Source: Azolla caroliniana
Taxonomy: Eukaryota > Plantae > Polypodiophyta
Direction of reading: 5' to 3'
NCBI GenBank assembly: GCA_043228905.1
Contig: JBHGNT010000604.1
Coordinates: 1 to 19,453 of the forward strand
Length of the DNA stretch: 19,453 bases
The notes beneath the pieces are model-generated. The model was given only the letters and a program-made list of their open reading frames with translations, did not search any database and had not been told where the DNA came from. Shown piece by piece: positions 1 to 10,826 of the stretch. Every line of letters starts with the position of its first letter. The first letter of the stretch is position 1. The translations under genes were made by a program, and so were the position numbers.

Positions 1-1534
1 AATCATATCCAATTCTTTACATTTTAGAAACATGATATTTTGATACATCAGACATCATATATTTATTGATCAACATTATGATGTTACCTATGATAAATTT
101 CTTTTATTCTTCATACCTATCCAACTTCGATGCATTCAATCCACATAAACTTTTCAAATTTGGTCTCATTTGGTGTATTGAACTTTACAACTTCCAATAT
201 ATTAAAGTTATTCCTAAAACCATAATATAATATAGCGATGAAATTCCTTATATAATTCTGACATAAATGGATCGCATGAGCATTTGGCATGTCATACAAT
301 TCATGTCTATGCATATCATCATCATTATACATTTTCAGTAATTCTAATTAAATTATCTTTTTCACGAACGACTTTATATGAAATGCATCTATATGAAATG
401 TATTATTTAGGAATGTCGAATGTAAAGTTTCAACAATCAATTTGAGTAATAATATTTGGACTTGTATCTCAATATTTACTATTCTACATGTTAGGCTCTC
501 CGTGCAAGCATGTTAACAAAACAAAATGTGCACCTTATAATAAGGTATTATCGATACAAATGATTTGAATTAATAACCTTCTAGATAACTATTTTAAATT
601 TCCAATATGAAATAAAAATTTAATTACTTGAGGAAGAGTTAAGGTAAGAAAATTACGTGTTTCATACGTCCCATACATTGCATTCGAGAATGTTTCAATC
701 ATTTGAGTATGGTAAACACCCTCGAAGTACGGTAAATACCATACTTTTGTATTCATTATTTTTTGTAAGGTAAAAAGTGTAAAAAAAACATACGAATGTT
801 TTGATAACATACGCATACGTTTGCATTCGTATGAAAAAGAATGTTTGCCAATCAATGCATTTGAGTATATTACGTACTATGGTTTGGTCCATTAGTGCAT
901 ATTTTTTAATTTCTAAATCTAGGAACCAACATTACTTGTCCATGGGTGGTGGACTTATATTCCACTACCTATGTTATACGGTAAATTTTTTCCATTTGAG
1001 TCCTATGACTCTTCTTTCAAAATGTTTTTACAAGACATGTGACATTATGAAAGGCATCGGATGGGTGGGTGTGAACACTCTTTTTCTTAAAAACTATCAC
1101 GGTAAAAACATCTCACCTATACTTAAGACCATCAAATTTTAAAGTTTAGTAAGAAAATACAATACCTATTTTTACATATGATGCATACACATGAGTTTTG
1201 AATGCATTTTCAGACTAATTCCTTTGGACAAATGCACTGCAATTATATACACGATTTCAAATTAGGCATCTTTATAAAGGTAGTTGCTATGCATAGGCCT
1301 AAAGGAATTGAGGACAACGCGACCACCCAAGCATGATTAGCTTAATAACAAACATGATTGGGTTTTGGAAAATCACTAAAATGAAGAAATCAAAGTAAAC
1401 CAAAGGAATGCTCGCTTATTTATATGATTACTAGAATCACACTTATTATGATAGATGGGTCTACTATGGTGGGTGGTTTAACCATTATTTAGGCATGATC
1501 AGAAAAGATAGGGAAGCATGGGTGTGGTGTTTGT

Positions 1535-2600
1535 TCATATGACCCTAGCAATGGTTGGGGGGCTATTCTCCCAAGCAATGGAGAGGGAACCAATGGCTAA
1601 AGCATTAGTTTGGGCAGAAACCCCAGAGCCCGTAGGTAAAATCAATTGACCCGCCCAAGTACTCCCATTCCATATGTTATACCACACCTTGGTGGCATCT
1701 GTAGTGGTTTTCCCATTGAAGAAGCAATAAAGTAGTCCCCCCAAGACCATGACAGAAGGCCCCCCTTGAGATTGCCAGGCCATTCTCCAATGTTAACTTC
1801 TTGTCGCCCACCCAGTTGAGCCCGTCGGATCGGAGGACGAATTATACCACATTGTCCCATCACTTTTGCTCCCTTGGTGAAAGCAGTATATTTGGTCCTC
1901 ATACACAGCTGCCCCTGGCTTGGCTGTCAGGTATGTGTTGGGGACTTGCCTGTCCGACATGGTTGCATTGCCGTTGAATATGTTAATCCAAACACGACCC
2001 TCAAGATACGTCGTGTCTGTTGTGGCTTTGATCTTCCCATTGTACAAGTTGCACACATTGTTCTGGAATAACACGGGGGATGTTATGTTCGGCGTTATCC
2101 CAATATCGTACGTGTTTTGTCCGTCTTCGTTTACTTCAAGATTGATCTCAGTAGGTTTTCCCCATGTATTGGTGCTTGTGTTCAATGTGATGAACGCGAA
2201 TGTAGTCTCATTGACAGGATAGAAGATATGGATCTTCTCCTTGTAGAAGATCGAAGATGGTCCAGCTCCGGCCGCGACTGAAATACCGTCGAGAGGTACT
2301 TTTGTCTCGCCTTTCCATGTAACGCCATCGAGCATGTTGTAGTAGATGGCACTGTTCGCCGTGACCGCGTAGAACAAGTAAATCTTCGAATCCACGAGGA
2401 ATACGGTGCCCTGGCCTCCGATCGTCGCGCTGGTGACGGGCCCCTGCATTTCCGCCCAGTTGTTTGTCCTTCGGTCTAGCAGGGAGAACCACAATTGCTT
2501 GCTGCTCGTTCCAACCTTTGCTTGGTGGAACAAGAAGGCGGTGGAGTACAAGCTTATGGGCAGCGTGTTGTCGACGGCGCTTCGATGGGCAAATGTGTAT
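1535..2600 (-). pseudogene. Last exon of the propeller gene (second propeller, six blades)
   Basis: Acceptor CGCAG|A. ORFs 1793..2620 and 1535..1783. Removing a TCCGA duplication and one extra base restores ...YNSSSDGLNWVGDKKLTLENGLAISGGPSVMV... Stop TGA at 1537-1535. Confidence 0.85.
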
Positions 2601-2707
2601 CTGCGTAACATCACACACATATAGGTCTGTACTTTAAAAAAAACATATTATTAAATATTGAACATGACCAATGAGGCACACTTATGCATACACATGCATC
2701 ATGAATC

Positions 2708-2773
<66 letters not shown>
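2708..2773. repeat. (AGT)22 microsatellite within intron
   Basis: Perfect trinucleotide run of 66 bp. Confidence 0.98.
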
Positions 2774-2869
2774 CACATGGGTGTTTTTCTGACAATGTAT
2801 ACTTATTTATACATGCAGCACAAGAAGAGAATATATGTATATGCATGGATCGTGAAGGTCAGAAGTGAC

Positions 2870-3461
2870 CTGGGTATTTGTTTGGCGGCATGAACAGCCG
2901 TATCATAAGAACCAGTAGCATCAAAAACTTGGGCAATGGCGTTGATAAAGTTGGTGCTGGGATACTCGATGCAGAGCCTGGTGCCATCTCCATATGAGCT
3001 GTACAGAAGTGGTAGCTTGGTGGCAGCGATCAAGTAACCGTGATCGGCTGCGGTTAAGGACTTAACGACTGACGCAAGCTCTGTGAATCCTTGGTATCCG
3101 CTCGAGAAGCCGCCGACATTGTGGAGGGCTGGGTCTGCCCACAGATCCTCCCACGCGAGGGTCCCAGCGGAGAAGGATCTGTAGTAGAGCGACTGTACGA
3201 GGTTGCCGGCGCCTTGGTAGAATATGAAAAGCTTGTCTTGGAAGACGGTGGTGCCGAGGCCGTCCGTGGTGACAGCGTGGGGTGTCCCCCTTCCACAAGA
3301 TGCCATCAGAGGAGGTGTTGAACCATAGCTCGCCCGACGTCCCACTCTGATGGAACACGTAAAGCTTGTCATCGAACGTTACTGCAGACGGCACATCGTT
3401 GATGGCGCTTGTATATGGAAGCTCCACATGGCCGCTCCACTCCCCTGTCGTGGGGTTCAGC
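2870..3461 (-). pseudogene. Exon C of the propeller gene (blades 5-6 and inter-propeller domain), frameshifted at ~3283
   Basis: Acceptor GACAG|G. ORF 3062..3481 (VPSAVTFDDKLYVFHQS...WKGD) shifts into ORF 2803..3372 (PHAVTTDGLGTTVFQDKLFIFYQG). Donor AG|GTCACT. Confidence 0.8.
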
Positions 3462-3605
3462 CTGTCATTACTCAAGCGCAATCAGCACACACAAATCTCA
3501 AGATCATCATTTAACAGAAAGAAAGAACGAGTGGCCTCTTCTTTGGTGATTAGTGAACTAATCTATGCACTAATTCGATGATGAGCATGCATTTTATTAG
3601 ATTAC

Positions 3606-3763
3606 CTGTTTACCAACAGCTTGCTTTGCAATTCGCCCGCTCCCTGGTAGAAACAATAGATTGAGCCCTTGAACACGATGGCTGATGGACTCCCCCCGTT
3701 ATCAGTGTGTCGTTGACTAGCTTGTCTCCTTCCCAGGTGGACCCATCGCTCGTCACGTTGTAC
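3606..3763 (-). pseudogene. Exon B of the propeller gene (blade 4), frameshifted; absent from the ORF track
   Basis: Acceptor CCTAG|G, then YNVTSDGSTWEGDKLVNDTLITG / frameshift in a G6 run / SPSAIVFKGSIYCFYQGAGELQSKLLVN, then donor AG|GTAAT. Confidence 0.8.
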
Positions 3764-3812
3764 CTAGGTATACATATATATTGGCATTAGCATGAATATG
3801 TATATATGTTAG

Positions 3813-3964
3813 TTAGTTCAAAACGTTTACTTGTAACGACAATATGTGCAAGCATATGCATTGCCCCCCACGCAACAAAACGAACTTGTCCTTTTCACAC
3901 CATAAGTGTGTGTCTCCGCGCACATGCACACACATGGTCGTCGTACAAACGAGTTTTGAGCCAA
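3813..3964. mobile_element. Possible degenerate MITE/foldback element in intron
   Basis: Left end TTAGTTCAAAACGTTT..TGTAACGACAATATGTG resembles the reverse complement of the right end, TTGGCTCAAAACTCGTTTGTACGACGACCATGTG. No clean TSD. Confidence 0.45.
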
Positions 3965-4067
3965 TGTAGTGTGACGTGTGATGTTAGGAGGAAGTACGCA
4001 TATTAGAGAGGGCTAAAGGATAGAGCATTCTTATATATATGCAACCTTTGAGTTGTAGCATACTTAC

Positions 4068-4819
4068 CATAACTCATTGTCGTTATTAGTGTATCCTTGA
4101 TGGAAGACATAAAGTTTGCCATCGTGTATGACTGCTGATGGGCCACCCGTGATGCGGGTGTTTGGGATTCGGGCATCGGGTACCCAGCTCGATCCATCGA
4201 ACACCGTGAACCACACCTCGTGCCGGCTCGCGTTACCATTATGGAATACATAGAGCTTGTCGTTGAAGACCACATCATTGGGTCCATCGGTCACGGTGAC
4301 ATCGGTCACTGTCGTCGGCAAACTCCAGGCACTAGTGGTGGGATCGTAGGCGACATACCTTAACTTCTTTTGGTTGAATCTGTTGCCTTGGAAGAAGCAG
4401 TAGAGCTTGTCTTGGAAAGGGATAGGGGAGGGCCACTTGGTGTTGCCCACATTAGCCACTTGGGTGCTTGGGTGGATGCCGATACTACGGTTCCAAAATT
4501 CAAAGACAAGTTTCTAGGCGGGGTAGCTATGAGATAGTGAGAGCAAGCCAGCCATTACTTTAGCTGTAACTGCGGCAAGATCCTCATGGCTGAGTAGATG
4601 TTCTTCTTGTTCCCCGGACACGGTGACGATGGCGACGCCGACTTTACCACTCTTGGACAAAGGGAGGGCTCTCTCGGTCTTCGGTATGGTCATGCTCTGG
4701 AGTTGGGTCCACGCATCCTGAAGAATGTCGGTCGTGTTCTCGAGCCATTCCTCCGCGAGGTTGACTTCCTCATCGGCTGCAAAGATGCTGCTCCCGAGGG
4801 CCAGGGAGGTGGCGACTTC
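4068..4819 (-). pseudogene. Exon A of the propeller gene: N-terminal domain plus blades 1-3
   Basis: One frame reads EVATSLALGSSIFAADEEVNLAEEWLENTTDILQDAW...SHSYPA*KLVFEFWNRS...WPSPIPFQDKLYCFFQG...ELW and ends at donor TG|GTAAGT (4068/4067). Includes ORF 4064..4459. Confidence 0.75.
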
Positions 4820-5614
4820 CTATGTTGTAATTTCTTTATGATGTTTGTGACCTTAGAGGCCGTGAAGAGTGTCCCCACAGTAGGTCGGGGTGTAGAAGGC
4901 ATTGGAATGGGTGGTTGGTTTGGGATTTGGTAAAGTCTCTCTTTATAAGTGTGCCAAGTTTCGGTATCTTCGATGGGTGTTTGTGGTCTTGGTTCTTGTG
5001 ATCTCTTCCATGCAGTGGCACAATCGCTACTCATGAACCATATGGTAGAGTTCCCAATATTGGGATGCCTCCCATGCTCGTCTCTTATGACGTGTCATCT
5101 TGCGCATTTCTTTACGAGCTTGTACTGAGGTAATACTACCACTGAGTTGTGATATTGTAAGTTGTCTATGTAAGCACCTACAATCCTCATCATACCATCT
5201 ATTTTGTGGCATAGATCCTACTTTACCTTGATTGGAGTGTTTCGTGTATGGGAAACTGCTAACTGCTGCAGAGTGAAGGATGTGTGTGAATTTCGTATTA
5301 AGGTAGTACTAAGGCTCTCTAAAGGTAGGGAGGGATCAAGGGAGGAGAGATGGGCTTGAACATGTCGAGCATATATGTCAGAGAGCTCATGTGTGAAATG
5401 TATTGTGATGTCATGGCGTGGTTGACTAGAGTTGGTGACGTTAGAGATATCGCATTTTAGCTCGAGCACAGTTGATTATCTAATAGGACGCCCTGAAGCT
5501 ACCCATATGATTAACTCCTTCCAAGTGGCCCCATGTCCTATTGGTTCCCCTCCTCCATGTGGGAAACATGTGAGCTCTTCCGAACCTGGCCACTTGGCTA
5601 AACCATTATTCATG
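4814..5614 (-). mobile_element. LINE (RTE-like) fragment: end of endonuclease domain and linker up to start of RT; same family as 10938-12946
   Basis: ORFs 5218..5469, 5027..5212 (MPQNRWYDEDC) and 4690..5034 (IKKLQHRKS) are colinear homologs of ORF 10938..11804. Segment 5465-5544 is inverted. Confidence 0.92.
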
Positions 5615-5982
5615 TGTCGAGAGTGCGCCGTTACAATTCCATAAGGTCATCCTAAGAGAGAGGAAGTTAACACTTATGAACAACACAAGATGGGGGATGA
5701 TTAACTCTATATTAAATTAGCATTATCATCATCAAATACAAAAATACCCACAATGAGGTATATATAGATCTCATGTGCAAGGGTGCACATGTGTGAGGAG
5801 AATATAGGTACAAGGGTGTAAGTCCTATATTAAATGTACTTGGGAGTGGAGGATCTAGAATATCCCACTTAAGTACAAGGTCCTATTTAAGGCGTTATAA
5901 TCAACACTTATTCTATCTAGGTAACTACGAAGTTACATGGTTGACTAACTAACTAAACTAAGTTGAGCTTGATCTCTCAACA
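5615..5982 (-). mobile_element. Solo LTR (368 bp), copia-like, no TSD
   Basis: Termini TGTCGAGAG...CTCTCAACA (8/9 inverted match). TATA-like element at ~5758-5767. Its end GTTGAGCTTG...CTCAACA resembles the LTR end at 18762-18782. Orientation inferred. Confidence 0.7.
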
Positions 5983-7319
5983 CTTATACTCCCATGCAAA
6001 ACAATGTGGTGGAATGGATCAACCGAACAATCCAAGAGAGCGTGATGATAATGAGAGCATGATGATAATGCTCCAACAATCCAGTTAGAATTCTGGGCCG
6101 AAGTATTGTAGACGACAGTATACATGATCAATTTGTTGCCGTCGAGAGCAATACGGCTCAAATTGCCACAAGCATTATGGTCAGGCAAATAGCCGACCTA
6201 TGATAGGCTCCATATATTCAGATGTGAAGCCTATGCATTCATCCCCAGGGAGAAAAGAACCAAGGTAGCACCCCATGCACTCAAGTGTATATTTCTTGGT
6301 TATGGAACCGATGGCGATTTCGACTATCGGCTATGGGACCCAGAGAACCGGAAATTGATCCAGAGTAGTGCTGTAGTCTTCAATGAAGACTCGATTCTCT
6401 ATGGACAGAACCAACCGAAAAGGGTTGGCAAAAAGGTCTCTTTTGACATCGACATAGATGCCATAGAAGGACCGACCCATAGGGCCGAATCAGAGATTCC
6501 ACAAGCAATAGAAATCAATGGAGCCATGAACCCCCTTGCCGGATCTGAATCGGTTAGAGGTCCACTAGTCGAAATTGATTCGACTACGAGATTGACAAGA
6601 GGTGAAAGAGACAAAGCCGAAATGACCAAATCACCCAAACATGCCAAAGTACTGAAATGTTGAACAAAACTGACCAAGGCACTAGCCAGTCTGTCAATCC
6701 ATCCTGAAGAAGGGGAGGATGATTCAACATCGCAGAAATCCTATTGTAGGGTCGAGTCATCCAAAAGAAATCCTTAAGAAGGTTCAAGTAATACCGATAA
6801 GCCAACAGAGCCGATCTATGGATTCGAACCAATCAACTCAGCACCGAGGAGGTCCTGACGAGTCGAAGGCCAACAAAGTTCTATCAACTAGGCCTCGACT
6901 ATGTCAACTACACGAATGTAGGCGAACCAAGCTCCTACGAAGAAGCTATAGCCATGCCAGAAGCTAGCCATGTCTACAAGCCATGAAATTCGAGATGGGT
7001 TCAATTCATCAGAATCAAACAGGGGAGTTGGTTGAATTACCAAGTGGAAGGAAGTTGTTGCCCTGCAAATGGATCTTCAGATACAAATATGTATCTGATT
7101 TGGAGAAGCCCAAATAAAAAGCTTGACTTGTCATCAAGGGATTCAAACAAGAACACAGGGTTGACTATGATGAAATATTCTCACCAATAGTCAAGATGAC
7201 CACCCTTTGACTCCTACTTGGGGTCATGGCGTCTAAAGACCTAGAGCTTGAGCAGCTTGACGTCAAGACGACATTCCTACATGGAGATTTGGAAGAAGAC
7301 ATCTATATGTCTCAACCGG
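5983..7319 (+). mobile_element. Old degenerate Ty1/copia pol, part 1 (integrase C-terminal half, linker, RT N-terminus)
   Basis: Motifs YTPMQN...NRTIQE, KCIFLGYG, YRLWDPENRKLIQSSAVVFNE, KGFKQ...DYDEIFSPIVKMTT and DVKTTFLHGDLEEDIYMSQP, with many stops. Confidence 0.92.
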
Positions 7320-7545
7320 TGTCGCGGAAATACGACGAGGATACGTGAACGTTGAGGCAAGACCCAGGGGCCTTTGACTAGAGGATATCAAATTCGTGTA
7401 TTTATGTACTAAGAATTAACAGAAATGAGAAAGATTAACAAATTTCATTAACAAGTAGAAAGAAAGATTACAATTAATCCCAAGATTGGGATTACAAAAA
7501 GTGTGCTAATGGAGATGGCTAGAGTAATAGATTAGAGGAAATTAA

Positions 7546-7706
7546 GATATGAATTCTATAGAAAATTAGGGTTTTTGGCTTTGATAAGAGATTATAGTTT
7601 TATGAATTGAATAGCTTCCGTATGGAAATTTAGGGTTATGAGTAAGATATGGCTTCCGTAAGGAAATTAGGGTTTACTTGAGAGATATGGCTTCCCTAAG
7701 ATAAGG
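7546..7706. repeat. Three to four degenerate ~37-bp repeats with telo-box-like TTAGGGTT(T)
   Basis: Recurring ATATGGCTTCCGTAAGGAAATTAGGGTTT-like unit. Confidence 0.7.
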
Positions 7707-8050
7707 GAGTTGAGAAGGAAAAGAAAAAGAAATATAATATGGAGAGAGCATGAGTGTAAGAAAAAAAATGGAATATATATTGAGTTCTCCCTTGATCATA
7801 GCCTTTCCACTTTTTGTTGCATGGCCTCTACTTTTAGTTGCCTAGCTTTTTCTTTTAGTTGCATCTATTTTTAGTTGCATGGCTTTTTCTTTTAGTTGCA
7901 TGTGACCGTCCACATGACCTTTACTTTTTGCATGCACTCCAACTTTAGTTGCTTGCGTCCACATGGCCTTTACTTTAGTTCTCTTCACTTTACTTTAGTT
8001 TGTTGCATGATCCAATCTTTCGTCCCTCCGCGTCCAACCTCGTTCGGTAG

Positions 8051-8489
8051 CCGGTTCCATTTTGTTTGCCGGCCGGTTCTTGTTCCGGTTTGCTCGCCGG
8101 TTCCGGTTCCGATTTTGCTTACCGATTCCGGTTCCGGTTTTGCTTATCGGTCGGTTTCCGGTTTGCATACTGGTTCCGGTTCCGGTTTGCTTGCCGGTTC
8201 TGGTTCCGGTTTTTGGTTTGCATACCAGTTCCGGTTTTGCTTGCCGACCGGTTTCGATTCCAGTTTTGCTTACCGACCGGTTTCCGGTTTGCATACCGGT
8301 TCCGGTTCCGGTTTTGCTTACCGGCCGGTTTCCGATTTGCATACCAGCCGGTTTCCGATTCCAGTTTGCTTGCCGGTTCCAGTTCCAATTTTGCTTACCA
8401 GTCTATTTCCGGTTTGCATACCGGCCAATTTCCGGATTTGCTTACCGAAACCGTTTTCCGGATTTGCTTACCGGCCGATTTCCAGTTTT
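8051..8489. repeat. CCGGTT-based minisatellite with ~48-bp higher-order unit
   Basis: Units such as TACCGGTTCCGGTTCCGGTTTTGCTTACCGGCCGGTTTCCGATTTGCA. Explains the low-complexity ORFs in several frames. Confidence 0.9.
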
Positions 8490-8803
8490 AGGGAATTTGG
8501 CCACCATCATCAATCAAGACAAAGTGGCCAAAGTACTCTTAGCACAAATGAAAAATGAGGGAGCTCAAGGTGCTTATATAGCCAGGGCCTTAACTTTCCT
8601 ATCTATGTGGGATAGTTCTAATTTCCCTATCTTCTCAAACTTTATTTTAACATAACTTGATATGTATTTCTCCATTTTGTATATAGTAAAATACATTTTG
8701 AAGCTCTTGAATATATATCCATCTTTCTATAATAAGCTACTAATCTAATCTATAATAATTATTTCATTATTTTTTTACATAGTGTGTGAAGATTCACACG
8801 ACA

Positions 8804-10101
8804 CCAACACGCTTCACAATAATGGGGGAGGAAGGACACCTCGTATGTCGACTAAAGAAAAGCATTTATGGCTTAAAACAAGTGCCAAGAATGTGGTATT
8901 AGAAGTTCGATACCTACATTTTGTAGCTTGGCTACCGCCGGTTCGACTCTGGCCCATGTATGTATATTTAGCAATTGGCTAACGAATCCTAGATCTATCT
9001 GATACTATATGTCGATGACATGCTCATCGCCGGCAACGATCGAGAAGAAATCGGAAAGTTAAAGCAGAGCCTTCACGATAAATTCCCGATGAAGGAACTC
9101 GAACAAGCCCGACACATACTAGGCATGCGGATAAAGCGAAATCGGATAGCAAAGACCCTCCAGTTCTCCCAATTCGACTACATCCAAAAGGCGCGGAGGC
9201 GCTTCAATATGGAGAATGTGAAGCCAACACCAACACCGATTCCAACGTCATTCTGACTATCGGACAAAGACTCTCCTTCAATTGATGAGGAGAGAAAGCT
9301 CAATGGAAAGATACCCTATGCATCGGTCGTAGGAAGTATCATGAATGTTATGGTCGCGACCTAACTTGACCTTGCATATGTCGTAGGGGTCATTAGTAGG
9401 TATATGTCAAACCTAGAACGAAAGCATTGGGAGGTTGTCAAGCACATATTTAGGTATCTAAGAGAAACCGAAGTTGTACAACTGACTTTCGGATCAGCAA
9501 ATGCAACCAAAGTTGAAGACTATGCCAGAAATACGGATAATTGGATGTCGACATTAGACTATCTCTTCACCTATGGTGGCCGCACCATATCATGGAGGTC
9601 TAAGCTTCAAGATTACACGACCCTGTCTACCACAAAGGCTGAGTACATAGCAGCATTGGAGGCCGTGAAGGAAGCCATTGAGATGCACCAACTATCAACC
9701 GACTTCTCGTCGACAAGGCGAATTGACCATCGAACGCCGACCATTGACTACGACTCTAAGAGCACAATACACCTCATCCAAAATCTAGTCTATCATGCCA
9801 AGACGAACCACATTGAACTACGGTTTCATCATATCCGAGAGCTCGTAATAGAGAAGAAGCTCGAAGTTCGGAAGATCGACACCGAGGTGAACATCGCCGA
9901 TTGCCTGATGAAGCCACTCCCAGATCAATGCTCCATAGCACTAAGGACAATGATTGGACTACGACAAGCAACCGAGCAGAAGAGAACCGAAAAAATAGTA
10001 GAAGGAAAGTCGAAGATTGACCCGATTAGACGAGCTAAAAAGGTAAAGTCAAAAGAATCAGAATGCCAATAAACTGAAGATGTAGCACTAAGAGAGGATA
10101 T
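8804..10101 (+). mobile_element. Old degenerate Ty1/copia pol, part 2 (RT with YVDD, RNase H, charged tail) and possible PPT
   Basis: LILYVDDMLIAG at ~9000-9033; ISWRSKLQ, STTKAEYIA, HIELRFHHIRE and NIADCLMKPL in ORF 9404..10072. AAGAGAGGATAT-TGT at 10090-10104 may be the PPT and 3' LTR start. Confidence 0.9.
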
Positions 10102-10660
10102 TGTCTAGAGAGGAAACGATTGAGGGCTGAATGAACCCGCAAACAGATCAAAGATTCAGCGACGAGCATTCGAATGAGCGCATACGACTAGTGAGCCTCT
10201 GGTCGGGAGCACATGGTCTTCCTATGCGAGCAGAGGACTTACACCTATCGCTCCAAATTAGCACAAAACATAGCAGAAAACCGACAACGTCTTCTCTTCC
10301 AAAATAGTGGATGCCTAAGGGTTAAAACACGCTACAATGTACCAACTTTTGGCCAAAATTTTTGTACTAATTCGATGAGGAGGAAAAACTTAAAAATGTA
10401 AAAATAATTCAATATTGTTGTTTAAAAAGTTGATCATGACTTGTGTTAAAATTGAAAGTCACATTCAATGAAAATGGATTTCAAATATGAAAAAACATTG
10501 CACATCCTCCCACTATTATGTCTGTGTCCAAGTGTCCCTCTTGTAGTCGGACCATCAGGAAATTTGAGGTTGTCGGTCCACAATCCTAGGCAATGTTGTA
10601 CGGGGATCTTAACTGTACAAGATCTCAAGTAGTCAATCAATCATGAAGATAGTCAGTCAG

Positions 10661-10754
10661 TCTCTCTCCCACACACACACACACACTCTCTCTCTCCTTC
10701 CCCCTTCTACTCGATGATTCCCTAGGTTCATACCTCCTCTCTCTCTCTCTCTCT

Positions 10755-10826
<72 letters not shown>

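Larger units (their letters stand above)
1535..4819 (-). pseudogene. Disrupted 4-exon gene (5' truncated, ~850 aa reconstructable) encoding two tandem six-bladed beta-propellers (fucose-specific-lectin-like repeats), each preceded by a non-propeller domain
   Basis: Twelve ~45-50 aa repeats of type PS(A)VVF.DKLYxFHQG...LWY..FDG..W. Three GT-AG introns (4067-3764, 3605-3462, 2869-2601) splice in frame: LW|YNVTSDG, VNR|LNPTTG, IPR|YTFAH. Lesions: TAG at 4516-4514, frameshifts at 3692-3697, ~3283, 1825-1834 and ~1766. Confidence 0.85.
7320..8803. mobile_element. Solo-LTR-like insertion (1484 bp) splitting the copia RT
   Basis: Termini TGTCGCG...CACGACA. RT resumes in frame (SQP-ARFT...HLVCRLKKSIYGLKQ) if a 4-bp duplication CCGG/CCAA is removed. 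Non-coding, with internal tandem repeats. Confidence 0.8.

Noticed and set aside
496-512. CTCTCCGTGCAAGCATG resembling a Helitron 3' hairpin
   Set aside because: Imperfect stem and no CTRR terminus nearby.
1-1500. Short ORFs in the AT-rich left flank
   Set aside because: No recognisable motifs or coding-like composition; treated as intergenic or 3' flank.
4514-4558. 45-nt in-frame GT...TAG intron that would remove the stop
   Set aside because: Very short, lacks a U-rich tract, and the encoded peptide resembles the inter-propeller domain. A nonsense mutation is preferred, though an intron is not excluded.
7896-8655. Long overlapping ORFs as proteins
   Set aside because: Artefacts of a stop-poor hexamer minisatellite.
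10310-10325. AAGGGTTAA resembling a piggyBac terminus
   Set aside because: No partner TTAACCCTT end or transposase seen in the window.
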